Source of the DNA: an uncultured virus (IMG/VR IMGVR_UViG_3300021559_000006)
Lineage: Duplodnaviria; Heunggongvirae; Uroviricota; Caudoviricetes
Direction: 5' to 3' (one strand)
Virus record (IMG/VR): IMGVR_UViG_3300021559_000006
Length of the DNA: 64,000 bases
The notes below the pieces were generated by a model. It was not told the DNA's origin, did no database searches, and saw nothing but the letters and a program-made list of their open reading frames with translations. Position numbers and translations under genes: made by a program. Shown piece by piece: positions 8,355 to 18,143 of the stretch. The number at the start of each line of letters is the position of its first letter. Position 1 is the first letter of the stretch.

Positions 8355-11300
8355 TCAGTAGGACACCCGCGGACTAGTCGCCGACAGCGTCGCCCCGGCA
8401 TCCAAAGACGCCGGGAAACCAGCCGCCGGCAGCGCGGGCAGCGTGTAGCCGCCCGGCAGCGGCTGGCACACCGTCTGCCCGGAGGCGTGGGTGTTGACCA
8501 GGTTCGCGGTGAAAGTCACGGCGACGCTGGTGTAGCCCGGTGACGTCGCGGCCACGGACAGGACCGTCATGTTCTCCGCCCCAGCCGCCCCGTACCCGAC
8601 GGTGAGCACCGTCCCTGCTGCCAGGACCGCGCTCGCCGGGTTCAGCGAAGAGCCAGTGAGCGCCCCGAGGGTGACTACCGGCTGCCCGGAGGCGGCCGTG
8701 GACTGCAACGTGGAGTGCAGCGACGCGACGATCCACCAGTTCAGGAACGGCTGCGCCGCACTGAGCTGCATCGACGCCCGCAGATTCCCCTGATCGTCAC
8801 CCGACCACGTCAAATGCTCCAGGAACTGCTGCAGCGTGATCGCCGCCGCACCAGGACCCGACGGTGGCCGACGAGACACCTGCACCCGCGACCCGAAGCC
8901 CAACGGCAGCACCTGCGACCACAATGCCGGATTCGACGACCCGTCGACCGTCAACGCCGCCACCCGAGCCAGCGGCTGGCTGTACTGCTGCGACAGATAG
9001 TTCGCGGCGTACTGCGGCACCGTCACGTCCTGCACGTTGATCGTGCGCTGCAACGTGCGGGGCGCATATGCCGTCGATGACGCCGCGTTGCTCGACAACG
9101 CAGCGGGCTGCTGCGTCGACCCCGGCGGCCCACTGTTGGTGACCTGCACCTGGTTGTAGATGTGCGTGGTGTCGTACTCGACTAGGAAATCGTCCAGGTA
9201 CGGGATCTCGCCACTGACCTGGTGCTCGCCGATGAACACAGCCGGCGCGTTCTGGTAGTAGCGCCACAGCCGGCCCGCCAACGTCACCGTGTTCGCGCCG
9301 TCCGCGTACACCTGCCCGTTCTCGGTGTCGGCGACCAACTGCAGGGCCGTCATGACGCCCTGGGCGGCCAGGTTCGCGCCGCCCATCGCCGTGGTCGCGT
9401 CCATCGTCGCAAGCGCGCCACCGTACCCCGACAGGTTCAGGATGCGCTGCGCCCGGGCCGCGCTCGTTTCCCCGGCCCAGCCCGTACTGAATCCGGCGGC
9501 GATGTCCGAGAGGCTGGGCACGTTGTTGGTGGGGACTTCGCAGGCGTAGGCGAGATCCCCGGAGAACATCCAGCCGTAGAAGTTCTGCCGCGAGGTGACG
9601 TACGCGCCGATGGTGTCGTCGACGATGCCGGTCGGGTGGCAGTCGACGGTATTGGTGCCCACATACCCGACACCGTCGACGTTGACGTTCAGGGTCTTGC
9701 CGTCGGCTGACAGAATGATCGCGGCCATGTGCCAGTTGCCGTCGCACACGGCGATCGTGGGCACACTTGCCTGAATCGTCTGGCCTGCCGTGTTCTGCAC
9801 GTAGGCCTGGACTTGCTGGAACGAATCGACATACAGGCCGCCGGACGCGCCGGACAGGGTGGGGCCCGAGGCTAGCCATAGCGCCATGGCCTGGCCGGAC
9901 GCGGGGATGGTGCTGGTACGGAAACAGATCAGCCTCGTCCATCCACCCGATGTGGGCGGCCCGTTGGGCGACCCCAGGTTGATGTAGGTACCGGCCTGGG
10001 CGACGACGTTCGGCGCGGGGTTCGCCAGCGTCACCACGGGGCCGGGCGCGCCCACGAACCCGGTGCCGGTGATGCTGGACCCGGCCGTGAGGGTGCCCGC
10101 GCCCAACGGCGAGTTGACGATGTTCGCGAACCCGTGCTTGCCCGTCGCATCCCGGAAGCCGACCGTGCCCTTGGGCTCGTCGAGCGGATACATGCGGGTC
10201 GGGCCGAGCGCGAGGAGCTGCGCCACCGTCGATGGATTCAGCGTGAACTGCGCCAAGGCGGCCAGGGCGTCCACGGCGGTGATGTTGATGGTCCCGTAGG
10301 TGCCGGTGCGGTCCCACTTCTGCGGCCAGCGCTCGATGAAGCCGGCCCACAGCGGGTAGACCGTGCCGCCGCTGGTCCAGGGCGTGACGGCGGCAGCCTG
10401 CTCGAGCTGCACGGCGGTGATGTAGATCGTGTTCACGGCAGTGGTCGTGAGGGTGGCGAACGTCCAGTCAAGGCGGCACGACACCGCCCCCGCCGGGGCG
10501 GTCGCGGTCGCGGTCAGCTGCACCCAGGTCGGAGTGACGGGCACCGTTGCTGTGCCCGTGCTTCCGCTGATCTGGCTGCCGTCCTGCCGGTACCACAGGA
10601 TGGTGCAGTTGATGTTGATCGTCGGGTCGGCCGACGACGCACGGGTCAGCCACATCGACAGGCTGTACTGCAGTCCGGCGGTGACGGGGAACGCCGTGGC
10701 GTCCGCGCTCCCGGCTGTGGGCCCGGTCAGAAACGGGTAGAAGTTGGCGTTGCTGGCCGTGATGGGAAACTGCCAGGCGGCGGCCGTGGTGTGGCCCGTG
10801 GGTGCCGGCGCGAGGCCGGTCGCGGGGGTCTCGGTGCCGCTGTAGACGTGCCACTGGTTCGCGGCCGCGGTGCCGTTGGCGTACCCAGGTGGCAGCAGGT
10901 TCCGCGTCGGCGGCCACACCGCCTGCATGCGACAGGGCTTCATCGGCAGCACGTTCGGCGAGTAGGGGCTCGACGTGTTGAGCGGGTCCAGGGCCCCGTC
11001 GAGGTTCCATAGGGATGCGGTGAGTTGCCCGGACTGGATCTGGTCCAGCTCGTACTGGCGCCCCGACAGCTGCGCGGACCACGAGCCGCGCAGCCGCGAC
11101 GACAAGTCCACGAACGCGGGCTGCCCGGACAGGGACGCGCCCTGGTTGAACGCCACCTGGAAGCGGATCTGCGGCCACGACGGCATCAGGCTGCTGGAGC
11201 CGAGGGCGGTGTTGACGTGCTCGATGTACGCGAACTCGCCCGACACAGTCGACGATCCGGCGCTGAAGAACACACTGACCGCGGTCGGCGCCCACGAGTA

Positions 11301-11771
11301 GGCGATGGATGCGACCTGCGTCCACGCCGTCCCGTCCGGCGACACCGAGAACAGCCAGGTGCCCGACGATTCAGTGATCTCCCACCAGGCGTGGGCGGTC
11401 GGGTCGAACGCGGGCAGGTTCACGGTGGTGGCCACCCCTGCGATGGTCACGGCGGCCTGCCAGGTACTGCCCGGTGTGCAGGTGAGGGACGCGGCGTTAC
11501 TGGAGTCCTTCTGGATCTTCATGATCGTCGTGACGACCTGCCCGCCGATACCCGCCAACGCCGGTGTGACCCGCGCGGTCAGGGACTGCCCGGTCGCGTC
11601 GTACGGGCCCGTGGCGGACAGGGTCGGGAACGCTGCGGTGGCCTGGATCGCTACACGCCCCGGCGCGGCGAGAGTGACCAGGCCGCCACCGGTAGTCCCG
11701 TTCCATACGCCGAGGTTGAGCGTGCTCGCCGTGAACGAGTCGACCAGGGAACCGAGTGGCGGGTTCGGCAC
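8355..11771 (-). CDS. Large tail-tip protein with carbohydrate-binding and LamG/concanavalin-like domains
   Basis: 1138 aa directly after the TMP; GRQYELDQIQSG...NLDGALDPLN, YPLDE and CDGNWH motifs. Confidence 0.85.
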   Translation of the reverse strand: MPNPPLGSLVDSFTASTLNLGVWNGTTGGGLVTLAAPGRVAIQATAAFPTLSATGPYDATGQSLTARVTPALAGIGGQVVTTIMKIQKDSSNAASLTCTPGSTWQAAVTIAGVATTVNLPAFDPTAHAWWEITESSGTWLFSVSPDGTAWTQVASIAYSWAPTAVSVFFSAGSSTVSGEFAYIEHVNTALGSSSLMPSWPQIRFQVAFNQGASLSGQPAFVDLSSRLRGSWSAQLSGRQYELDQIQSGQLTASLWNLDGALDPLNTSSPYSPNVLPMKPCRMQAVWPPTRNLLPPGYANGTAAANQWHVYSGTETPATGLAPAPTGHTTAAAWQFPITASNANFYPFLTGPTAGSADATAFPVTAGLQYSLSMWLTRASSADPTININCTILWYRQDGSQISGSTGTATVPVTPTWVQLTATATAPAGAVSCRLDWTFATLTTTAVNTIYITAVQLEQAAAVTPWTSGGTVYPLWAGFIERWPQKWDRTGTYGTINITAVDALAALAQFTLNPSTVAQLLALGPTRMYPLDEPKGTVGFRDATGKHGFANIVNSPLGAGTLTAGSSITGTGFVGAPGPVVTLANPAPNVVAQAGTYINLGSPNGPPTSGGWTRLICFRTSTIPASGQAMALWLASGPTLSGASGGLYVDSFQQVQAYVQNTAGQTIQASVPTIAVCDGNWHMAAIILSADGKTLNVNVDGVGYVGTNTVDCHPTGIVDDTIGAYVTSRQNFYGWMFSGDLAYACEVPTNNVPSLSDIAAGFSTGWAGETSAARAQRILNLSGYGGALATMDATTAMGGANLAAQGVMTALQLVADTENGQVYADGANTVTLAGRLWRYYQNAPAVFIGEHQVSGEIPYLDDFLVEYDTTHIYNQVQVTNSGPPGSTQQPAALSSNAASSTAYAPRTLQRTINVQDVTVPQYAANYLSQQYSQPLARVAALTVDGSSNPALWSQVLPLGFGSRVQVSRRPPSGPGAAAITLQQFLEHLTWSGDDQGNLRASMQLSAAQPFLNWWIVASLHSTLQSTAASGQPVVTLGALTGSSLNPASAVLAAGTVLTVGYGAAGAENMTVLSVAATSPGYTSVAVTFTANLVNTHASGQTVCQPLPGGYTLPALPAAGFPASLDAGATLSATSPRVSY

Positions 11772-11783
11772 GTCAGCCCCCGA

Positions 11784-14663
11784 TCAGTGGTAGACCACGC
11801 CCGTGGTCGGGTTACGGCGGCCATAGCGCAGCGCCTGCGTCTGCACGATCCTGAACAGGGCTTGGCCGTCGACCTGCACGACGATGTCCGGCGGCTGACC
11901 GCCCGCGCCCGCACCGTTAGCGCCCACGGCGAGAGCGCCCAGACTCGGCCCGGATATGGCCATCGCACCGGCACCGATGACCTTCTTGGCCATATTGCTC
12001 GACGCCACAGCAGCATCAGGGCTGCCCTTGACTAGGCCGTTCACCAGACCCTCGGTCACACCGAGGCCGATCTCGTGGAACACCTTCGACGGCGAGTTGA
12101 TCCCAAGGATCTTCAACACCGGGCCGGGGATCACGGACTGGATCAGGCTGGAGATCTGGCTCGCGATCCACGAGCCCATCGACACAATGCCGTTCCACAG
12201 CCCCTCAATGATCGAAATCCCGGCGTTGTACAGCCACGACGCCGCACCAGAGAACCAGCCCAAAATCCGGCCCGGCAGTGCGGCCAGCCACGTCGCCGCC
12301 TTCACCCCAGCCGAGATCACGCCGTTCCACACCGCTTCGATCGCATGCCACAGCCACTGGCCGGTCATGACGATGCCCTGGAAAGCGGGTCGGATCCCGT
12401 TGTTGTACAGCCACATCGCGGCTGTCGCGATGCCGTGGAAAACCGGTTCGAACACCGAATGCCACAACCACAAAGCGATCACGGAGATCGACTGGAACGT
12501 GACCATGACGATGTTGCGGAACCAGGCGAAGTGCGTCCAGGCATACACCAGCGCAGCAACCAGGGCGGCGATCGCGATCACAACCAACCCGATCGGGTTG
12601 GCGTCCAAGGCGATATTCAGGAGCCACTCGCCCGCGGCAGCGGCTTTCTCCGCGACCGCTGTCGCAAGGAGAGCGATCTTCTCGCCTACCCAGGCGAGCG
12701 CCGCCCGGCCCGCGTTCAAAGCGCCCTCAAGGGCGGCCTTCGACATTTCGTACAGGCCGATCGCGGCGGTCTTCGCCGCACCACCCACCGTCTGGGCGAT
12801 GCCCATGAAACCGCGCCACGCCTGCCCGGCCTTACCCGCGCCAGCAACCAGCAGATCCTGCGTGCCCCGCCAGGCCTTCCCCAGGCCGGAGGCTGTCGCG
12901 ACCATCCCGGACTGGATGCCCGACCAGGCCTTTGACGCCCCGGCAGCTATCCCCCCCCAGGCGGTCGTGGCGGCACTTCCGGCGGCCTTCGCGCCGACCG
13001 AGATGCCCTTCCACAGGCCGTCCCAGCCGGTGCGCAGGGCCCCGCCGATCGAGCCCATCTTCCCGGAGAACGCCGAAGCGGCGACCTGTGAGGAGTTGAA
13101 GCCCTGCACCAGGCGGCCCACACCCTGCGCCGCGCTGATCCCGGCTTTGCCCAGTCCGCCCAATGCCTTCACGTAGGGGGTGAGGGCGCCGGTGACGAAC
13201 TTGAGGACACTGCCGGTAAGGATCACGCCGATCGCGATCGCGAGCGCCTCGCTGGCCGCCTTGTGCTGAGTGAAGAAGGTGATCGCGGAGGAGATGATCG
13301 GGATGAGCTGCATACCCAGCTTGATCGCCAAGACGTCCGCGCCCTGCCGCAACTGCGCCAACTGCACGCTTAGGAGCTGACTGGTCGACTTCCAGCCCTC
13401 GACGTCCTTCGCGCCATCATGAAACGACGTGTTGACCTTGGCGATGTTCGTCTTGGTGCGATCGGCGCTCTCTCCGGTCAGCAGAAGCGCGGTCTGCAAC
13501 CCCGTCTGCCCGCCGGTGGCCTTCGCGAGGAGATCCGAGAACGTGGTCAGCGGGCCGTTGCCCGCTTTCACGCCGTCGGAGAATCCCTTCGACTTCTCCA
13601 CCAGCGACATGAACTGGGTGGCCATCGCCGCCTGGTCGGCGGGCATCGCCTTGATGGCCTTCTTGAAGTCACCAATGCTCATGGTGTTGTCCATGAAGCT
13701 CTGCGCCACGGTCTTCAGGCTGGGCGGCATCGACGCGAGCATGGCGGTCGCGGACTGCGCGGCCTGCCCCGAGGCCTTGAAGACACCCGCCGCGTACAGG
13801 CCAGAGGGGCCCATCTTGGTCTGGATTGCGCCGACGATCTCGTTGAGGACGCCCGACAGGCCCTTTGTGCCCAGATCCTTGCCCACTTGCTGGGTGCTCA
13901 GGCCAAGCTGGTTGAGCGTGGAAACGGTAGTCGAGTTCGCCTTCTGGAGCCTGCCAAGCGTCCCTGCCATGAGCTGTGCGGAGTGCTGCGCCGTCTCGCC
14001 GTGCTGCGTCATCGTGGCCAGCGACCCGATGACATCGCCAAGACCAACGTGAGCGGCATACGCGGCAGGAAGGACCGTCGATAGCGCGGAGGAGAACAGC
14101 GCGAACGTGGTCTTAGCCTCGCCCGCACCGGTCTTCATCGCATTCATGACTTGCACCGACTGCGACGCCGGGATGTGGAAGTTGTTCATCACAGTGGTCA
14201 TGGCGCTGACCACGTCATTCAGCGGGGCACCTTCCTCGCGCGCACCCTGCGCCGCGACCTTCACCACATCCAGGCCGCCGTGCGCATAGTCGAACCCGGC
14301 CTTCTCGGCCTGGTACATGCCGTCGGTGACCTGCTGCCAACTCGTGCCCGTCGACGAGGCGATCTTCAGAATCCCGTCGCGGACCTTGCCCAGGTTCGTC
14401 TGCGCCTCGCCGGCGGCAGTGACCAGAACGTTGGTCTCCTGCTGGAACTCCGACGCCATGTGCACCGACGCGACGACGACAGCAGCACCGGCAAGCGTCG
14501 TGGCTTCGCCGATCTTGTTGACGGTCTTCCCGAGGCCGCCCATCTTCGAGGTGAACGTCTCTCCTTCGGCCGCCGCCGCCCTGAGGTTTCGCGTGAACGG
14601 GGCGGTCTCTGCGCGGAGAATCACGAACAGGTCGGCAACCTCAGACACGACGCCCCCTGTCAT
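11784..14663 (-). CDS. Tail tape measure protein
   Basis: 959 aa, Ala/Gly-rich; ANPIGLVVIAI, periodic Trp/Phe repeats, INSPSKVF. Confidence 0.95.
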   Translation of the reverse strand: MTGGVVSEVADLFVILRAETAPFTRNLRAAAAEGETFTSKMGGLGKTVNKIGEATTLAGAAVVVASVHMASEFQQETNVLVTAAGEAQTNLGKVRDGILKIASSTGTSWQQVTDGMYQAEKAGFDYAHGGLDVVKVAAQGAREEGAPLNDVVSAMTTVMNNFHIPASQSVQVMNAMKTGAGEAKTTFALFSSALSTVLPAAYAAHVGLGDVIGSLATMTQHGETAQHSAQLMAGTLGRLQKANSTTVSTLNQLGLSTQQVGKDLGTKGLSGVLNEIVGAIQTKMGPSGLYAAGVFKASGQAAQSATAMLASMPPSLKTVAQSFMDNTMSIGDFKKAIKAMPADQAAMATQFMSLVEKSKGFSDGVKAGNGPLTTFSDLLAKATGGQTGLQTALLLTGESADRTKTNIAKVNTSFHDGAKDVEGWKSTSQLLSVQLAQLRQGADVLAIKLGMQLIPIISSAITFFTQHKAASEALAIAIGVILTGSVLKFVTGALTPYVKALGGLGKAGISAAQGVGRLVQGFNSSQVAASAFSGKMGSIGGALRTGWDGLWKGISVGAKAAGSAATTAWGGIAAGASKAWSGIQSGMVATASGLGKAWRGTQDLLVAGAGKAGQAWRGFMGIAQTVGGAAKTAAIGLYEMSKAALEGALNAGRAALAWVGEKIALLATAVAEKAAAAGEWLLNIALDANPIGLVVIAIAALVAALVYAWTHFAWFRNIVMVTFQSISVIALWLWHSVFEPVFHGIATAAMWLYNNGIRPAFQGIVMTGQWLWHAIEAVWNGVISAGVKAATWLAALPGRILGWFSGAASWLYNAGISIIEGLWNGIVSMGSWIASQISSLIQSVIPGPVLKILGINSPSKVFHEIGLGVTEGLVNGLVKGSPDAAVASSNMAKKVIGAGAMAISGPSLGALAVGANGAGAGGQPPDIVVQVDGQALFRIVQTQALRYGRRNPTTGVVYH

Positions 14664-14721
14664 GGTCCAGTTGTGTCGTTCCTGTGGCCGCGATCACCGA
14701 TCGGGACTACGGTCGCCAGGC

Positions 14722-15034
14722 ATGACGCCCCGCACCCTGGCCGCCGTACTCGTGCTCGTTGCGTCGCCCCTGTTCACCGGCTGCGGATCCAGCAGCAAGC
14801 CCAGCCAGCAAGAGGGCGTCTACGCCCTCTCCGTTCAGCAGGCCGACCCCGCTGACTTCGGTCCTCGCCCCAACAGGCCACGGCATCTGCGACGACCTAA
14901 GGAACGGCCAGACAGAAGCCGACGAAATCGCGAAAGTCGGGGCGGGCTTCAACCAGAAGGAGACAGCAGCGCTCATCGCCGCAGCGCCGGCCCTGTGCCC
15001 CGACCAGCAGCCCAAGATCACACCGGCGGGTTGA
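14722..15034 (+). pseudogene. Frameshifted lipoprotein (DUF732-like), antisense within the tail operon
   Basis: Signal peptide and lipobox-like FTGC in one frame; GHGICDDLRNG...AAPALCP in another frame; span of 313 nt is not a multiple of 3. Confidence 0.7.
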
Positions 15035-15035
15035 C

Positions 15036-15488
15036 TCAGATCCCCTTCCAGCCCACCCCGAACTCTTTGCGGTACAGCGCCGGTGCGGCGACCGTCCACC
15101 CGAACTTCGCCGCTGGCTTCAGGAACGGATACGTCGCCCCGTTCTTCAATCCGGTCTCTAGGAACAGGCCGTACTTGCTCGACGGGGTCTTGCTGTACGG
15201 CGACGTGAAGCCAGCCCCGGTTCCGACCTTGCACTCCCAGCCCAGCCCGTTCGGGACGATGTCGGTGTGTGTGATCGACTTCACCAACGTGCCCGAAATC
15301 CGTGCCGGGCCCGACCCCGGACTCGCCGGAGTCGGCGTGCCGTAGGCGTGCGACCCGCTCGACGCATTGGTCTTGGCTTGCTTCTCAACGACGTTCGCCA
15401 GCCCAGTCAGGACCCTGCGGGTGCGCAGGCTTCCCTGCGCGGTGATCTCGGTCATAAGTCGGGTGAACACCCCGATCCGCAACTCCAT
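15036..15488 (-). CDS. Tail completion / neck protein (HK97 gp10-like)
   Basis: GPARISGTLVKSI...YGLFLETG...YPFLKPA motifs. Confidence 0.75.
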   Translation of the reverse strand: MELRIGVFTRLMTEITAQGSLRTRRVLTGLANVVEKQAKTNASSGSHAYGTPTPASPGSGPARISGTLVKSITHTDIVPNGLGWECKVGTGAGFTSPYSKTPSSKYGLFLETGLKNGATYPFLKPAAKFGWTVAAPALYRKEFGVGWKGI

Positions 15489-15491
15489 CTC

Positions 15492-15743
15492 TCACCCCTT
15501 GCTGGCCTTCTCGTTCGCGGCCTGCTCCGCGTCGCGCCGCGCCAGGATCAGATCCCACGTGAAGCGCCGCACATAGAAAGGGGTGTCCTGCAGGTCCCGC
15601 CACGTCCAGCCCATCTCCCGCATGACCTCGAAATCGACCAGCTCCTCGGGGGCAGGCCCAGAAGACCACGTTCCCTCGTACACGCTCTCGGCAGGCCAGA
15701 GCACGTCGTTGAGGTACGGGTCATCCAGGCCTAGATCCCCGGG
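15492..15743 (-). CDS. Tail assembly chaperone, -1 frameshift extension (gpT-like part)
   Basis: Open in the -1 frame from the C CCG GGG heptamer; MGWTWRDLQDTP motif. Confidence 0.75.
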   Translation of the reverse strand, partial: PGDLGLDDPYLNDVLWPAESVYEGTWSSGPAPEELVDFEVMREMGWTWRDLQDTPFYVRRFTWDLILARRDAEQAANEKASKG

Positions 15744-16087
15744 TTGACGACCCTCTTGATCTCTTCGGCGATCTGCTCGGTGATGCACATCGGGAGCTTG
15801 GCCACGGACTCCGCGGTCGCGGGAAGAGGCAGCGGCGGCTGATCGTCTTCGATGCTGGTGGCGTCGTAGACGTGCCAGGCCTTCACCAGCCCGGCGACGA
15901 CCTTGTACATCGCGGCCTCGATCTGGCGCTCGTCGGGCTTGCCGTCAGGGCCGAGAGGCAGGTCAGAGGGCATCAACTCGGCCATAGGGACCGTCCGCGG
16001 GTTCTTGATGACGACGTGGACGTTGTCACCATCCTCCGACAGATCGGGAAAGGGCAGCATGATCGTGCGGTTGGCGTAGCCAGCCAT
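15731..16087 (-). CDS. Tail assembly chaperone (gpG-like)
   Basis: AAGGAG RBS, ATG at 16087; follows the tail tube gene; LVKAW...VAKLP motif. Confidence 0.85.
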   Translation of the reverse strand: MAGYANRTIMLPFPDLSEDGDNVHVVIKNPRTVPMAELMPSDLPLGPDGKPDERQIEAAMYKVVAGLVKAWHVYDATSIEDDQPPLPLPATAESVAKLPMCITEQIAEEIKRVVNPGI

Positions 16088-16108
16088 AGAGGGCTCCTTG
16101 AAGCATTG

Positions 16109-16173
16109 GGAGGGCGTCGGAGGGCGTGTTCCCCGGTCGTGTCGGACGCCCTCCAAGCGGACACGACCGGGGA
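16109..16173 (-). promoter_or_regulatory. Structured intergenic RNA element: 14-bp hairpin with pseudoknot-compatible loop
   Basis: Stem 16130-16143/16160-16173; loop 16145-16154 complementary to 16109-16118. Confidence 0.6.
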
Positions 16174-16201
16174 GTAGCGGGAAAACCGCAGGCCGGAGGG
16201 C

Positions 16202-17371
16202 CTAATATGCGGCGGTCTGCCAGTTCTGGAGCGTGGCCTGCACGGCGCCGCCGTCGGTCGTGTTGTAGATACCGGCGAGGGTGAAATCCGCCTGGGCATA
16301 CACCTGACCCAAGTCCCGCTTGCCCTTGTACCAGCCCGACTTCGACATGGTCATGGACAGGAACTGGCCGCCGCGGGCTACCGGCTGCTGCAGGCTCGCG
16401 GTCGTCGCGGTCTGCGTGTAGTTGAGGTACAGGCCCAGGTCGGTCTGATTCTCGAAGATCGCCTTGTAGGTGCCGTCGACCTCGATCGGGCCGGCGAACA
16501 CCTCACGCGGGGCCTGCACGCCATCGGAGGACTGGATCGCCTCGGTCGTGCGCTTCACCGTGGCGTCGAACGTCAGCCCGCGCGTCGACGCGGCACCGGC
16601 GTTGGTCATGTTCCACGACCAGCCCAGCAGCGGGTCGTAGGTCGAGAACGTCTCCGTCTGCAGCGACTGCACCACCGACGGGAACGACATGTACTTCAAC
16701 GTGAGGGCCGCTGCTCCCTTCGGGTCGATCTTGACGCCGAGGTCCGACAGGCGGCAGTAGCTGCAGCTCAGCGTCTGCGTGGTGTCGTAGATCGTCAGCG
16801 AGTACGTCGGCAAAGCGGTCGTGGACTGCTTGAACGTGTGCGTCGTCGTCGTGGTCACCGCGACGCCTGACGCGTGCCCCAGGGTCAGTCCGACACGGTT
16901 CGCGCCGATCTTCCCCAGCACGGTGGTTACGTTCGACGTATACGGGCCGACACCCGTAGCAGCACCGTCAGTCCACGCGTACTCCACCAGACCCGCGGTG
17001 TCGATGCGGATCACGCTGCTGGCGGGGAGCGCCACGGCCGTCGTGATCACCGTCGCGCCAGCCGTCGTCAACGCCGACAGCGTCGTCGCGGTAGCTGCGG
17101 TCACCACATCGGGGCCGATGATCCCGGCCAGGAAGTGCCCAACCAGATCCGGATAGGCCATCACATCAATGTTCCACTCGGCGTGCACCGGCCCCTGATA
17201 CATGCCCTGCAGGACCGTGTCGTTGCCGCGCACCGACTCGTCCTTGATCTCCTGGAACATGTCCTCGTAGTCGCCCTTGAGGAACGGGATCCCGATCGTC
17301 GGCGCGCCCCACGTGCCGGGGGTGGACTCCTTGAACAGGCCCAGCGTTGCGGTACGCGAAATTTGGGTCAC
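16202..17371 (-). CDS. Major tail tube protein
   Basis: 389 aa, Thr-rich beta protein; LGLFKESTPGT start; position before the chaperones. Confidence 0.85.
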   Translation of the reverse strand: MTQISRTATLGLFKESTPGTWGAPTIGIPFLKGDYEDMFQEIKDESVRGNDTVLQGMYQGPVHAEWNIDVMAYPDLVGHFLAGIIGPDVVTAATATTLSALTTAGATVITTAVALPASSVIRIDTAGLVEYAWTDGAATGVGPYTSNVTTVLGKIGANRVGLTLGHASGVAVTTTTTHTFKQSTTALPTYSLTIYDTTQTLSCSYCRLSDLGVKIDPKGAAALTLKYMSFPSVVQSLQTETFSTYDPLLGWSWNMTNAGAASTRGLTFDATVKRTTEAIQSSDGVQAPREVFAGPIEVDGTYKAIFENQTDLGLYLNYTQTATTASLQQPVARGGQFLSMTMSKSGWYKGKRDLGQVYAQADFTLAGIYNTTDGGAVQATLQNWQTAAY

Positions 17372-17595
17372 AGCTGCGGCTCCTCACCGACGGGCGCCAG
17401 GTCGGGCGCGGCCTTCTTACGGACGGTCTTGGAGGGCGCGGCGGGGGGATCAGCCGGCCGCCGGGCGTCGGCCTCGTCGGTCAGTTCCTCGAATCCGGCA
17501 ATGGGGATCGGCCAGTCGACGACCTCACCCGGGCCGACCGTCGCCGGAATCGCGGGTACATCGACTGGGGCTTCATGGAGGGAGCGTTGGTACAC
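17368..17595 (-). CDS. Small virion-operon protein
   Basis: GTGA overlap with the tail tube start. Confidence 0.6.
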   Translation of the reverse strand: MYQRSLHEAPVDVPAIPATVGPGEVVDWPIPIAGFEELTDEADARRPADPPAAPSKTVRKKAAPDLAPVGEEPQL

Positions 17596-17657
17596 GGGGG
17601 CCTCCGGGCATGACGAAGACCCCCGCGGTAGGCGAGGGCCAGGAAGGGGTAGGAAGG

Positions 17658-18143
17658 TCAGCCGGCGGTTTCGGCGTCGTCCGCCCAGTACGTGATCTCC
17701 GCGTGGAACTCCGCATCCGGCGGCATCGTGGAGACCGGATCGACGAAATGCACCGCCACCAGCGGCGGATCCTCCGCCACCGACCGGAACCTGCCCCCGT
17801 GGGACTTGTCGCCCGGGAAGCCACCGATGCGCGTCAGAACAGCGTCTACCGCCACGTCGAACGCCCGCTGATCAGCCTCAGCAATGCCCTGACCCGAGGT
17901 GAGCGGCCAGATCAACTTGAGCGTGAACTCGTAGGACGCCATGCGGCGCACGTTCGCGAACCGCTTGTGGTGGATCGTGCGGCGCAGCACAAACAGGTTG
18001 CTGCCACGGCGACCCGGGGTGCGCGGCTGATACGCCTGCAGGTTGTTGAACTGGCCTGCGCCGGTACCCACCAGCGCAGGCAGCCCGTCGCCCGTTGTTT
18101 GAAGCCAGGCGACCTCCCTGTCGACCGAATCAGCGGTGCTCAA
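17658..18143 (-). CDS. Tail terminator-like protein
   Basis: AGGAGG RBS, TTG at 18143 overlapping the upstream TGA; synteny. Confidence 0.7.
   Translation of the reverse strand: MSTADSVDREVAWLQTTGDGLPALVGTGAGQFNNLQAYQPRTPGRRGSNLFVLRRTIHHKRFANVRRMASYEFTLKLIWPLTSGQGIAEADQRAFDVAVDAVLTRIGGFPGDKSHGGRFRSVAEDPPLVAVHFVDPVSTMPPDAEFHAEITYWADDAETAG

Noticed and set aside
7775..11771. Diversity-generating retroelement targeting the tail tip genes
   Set aside because: No reverse transcriptase and no template/variable repeat pair seen
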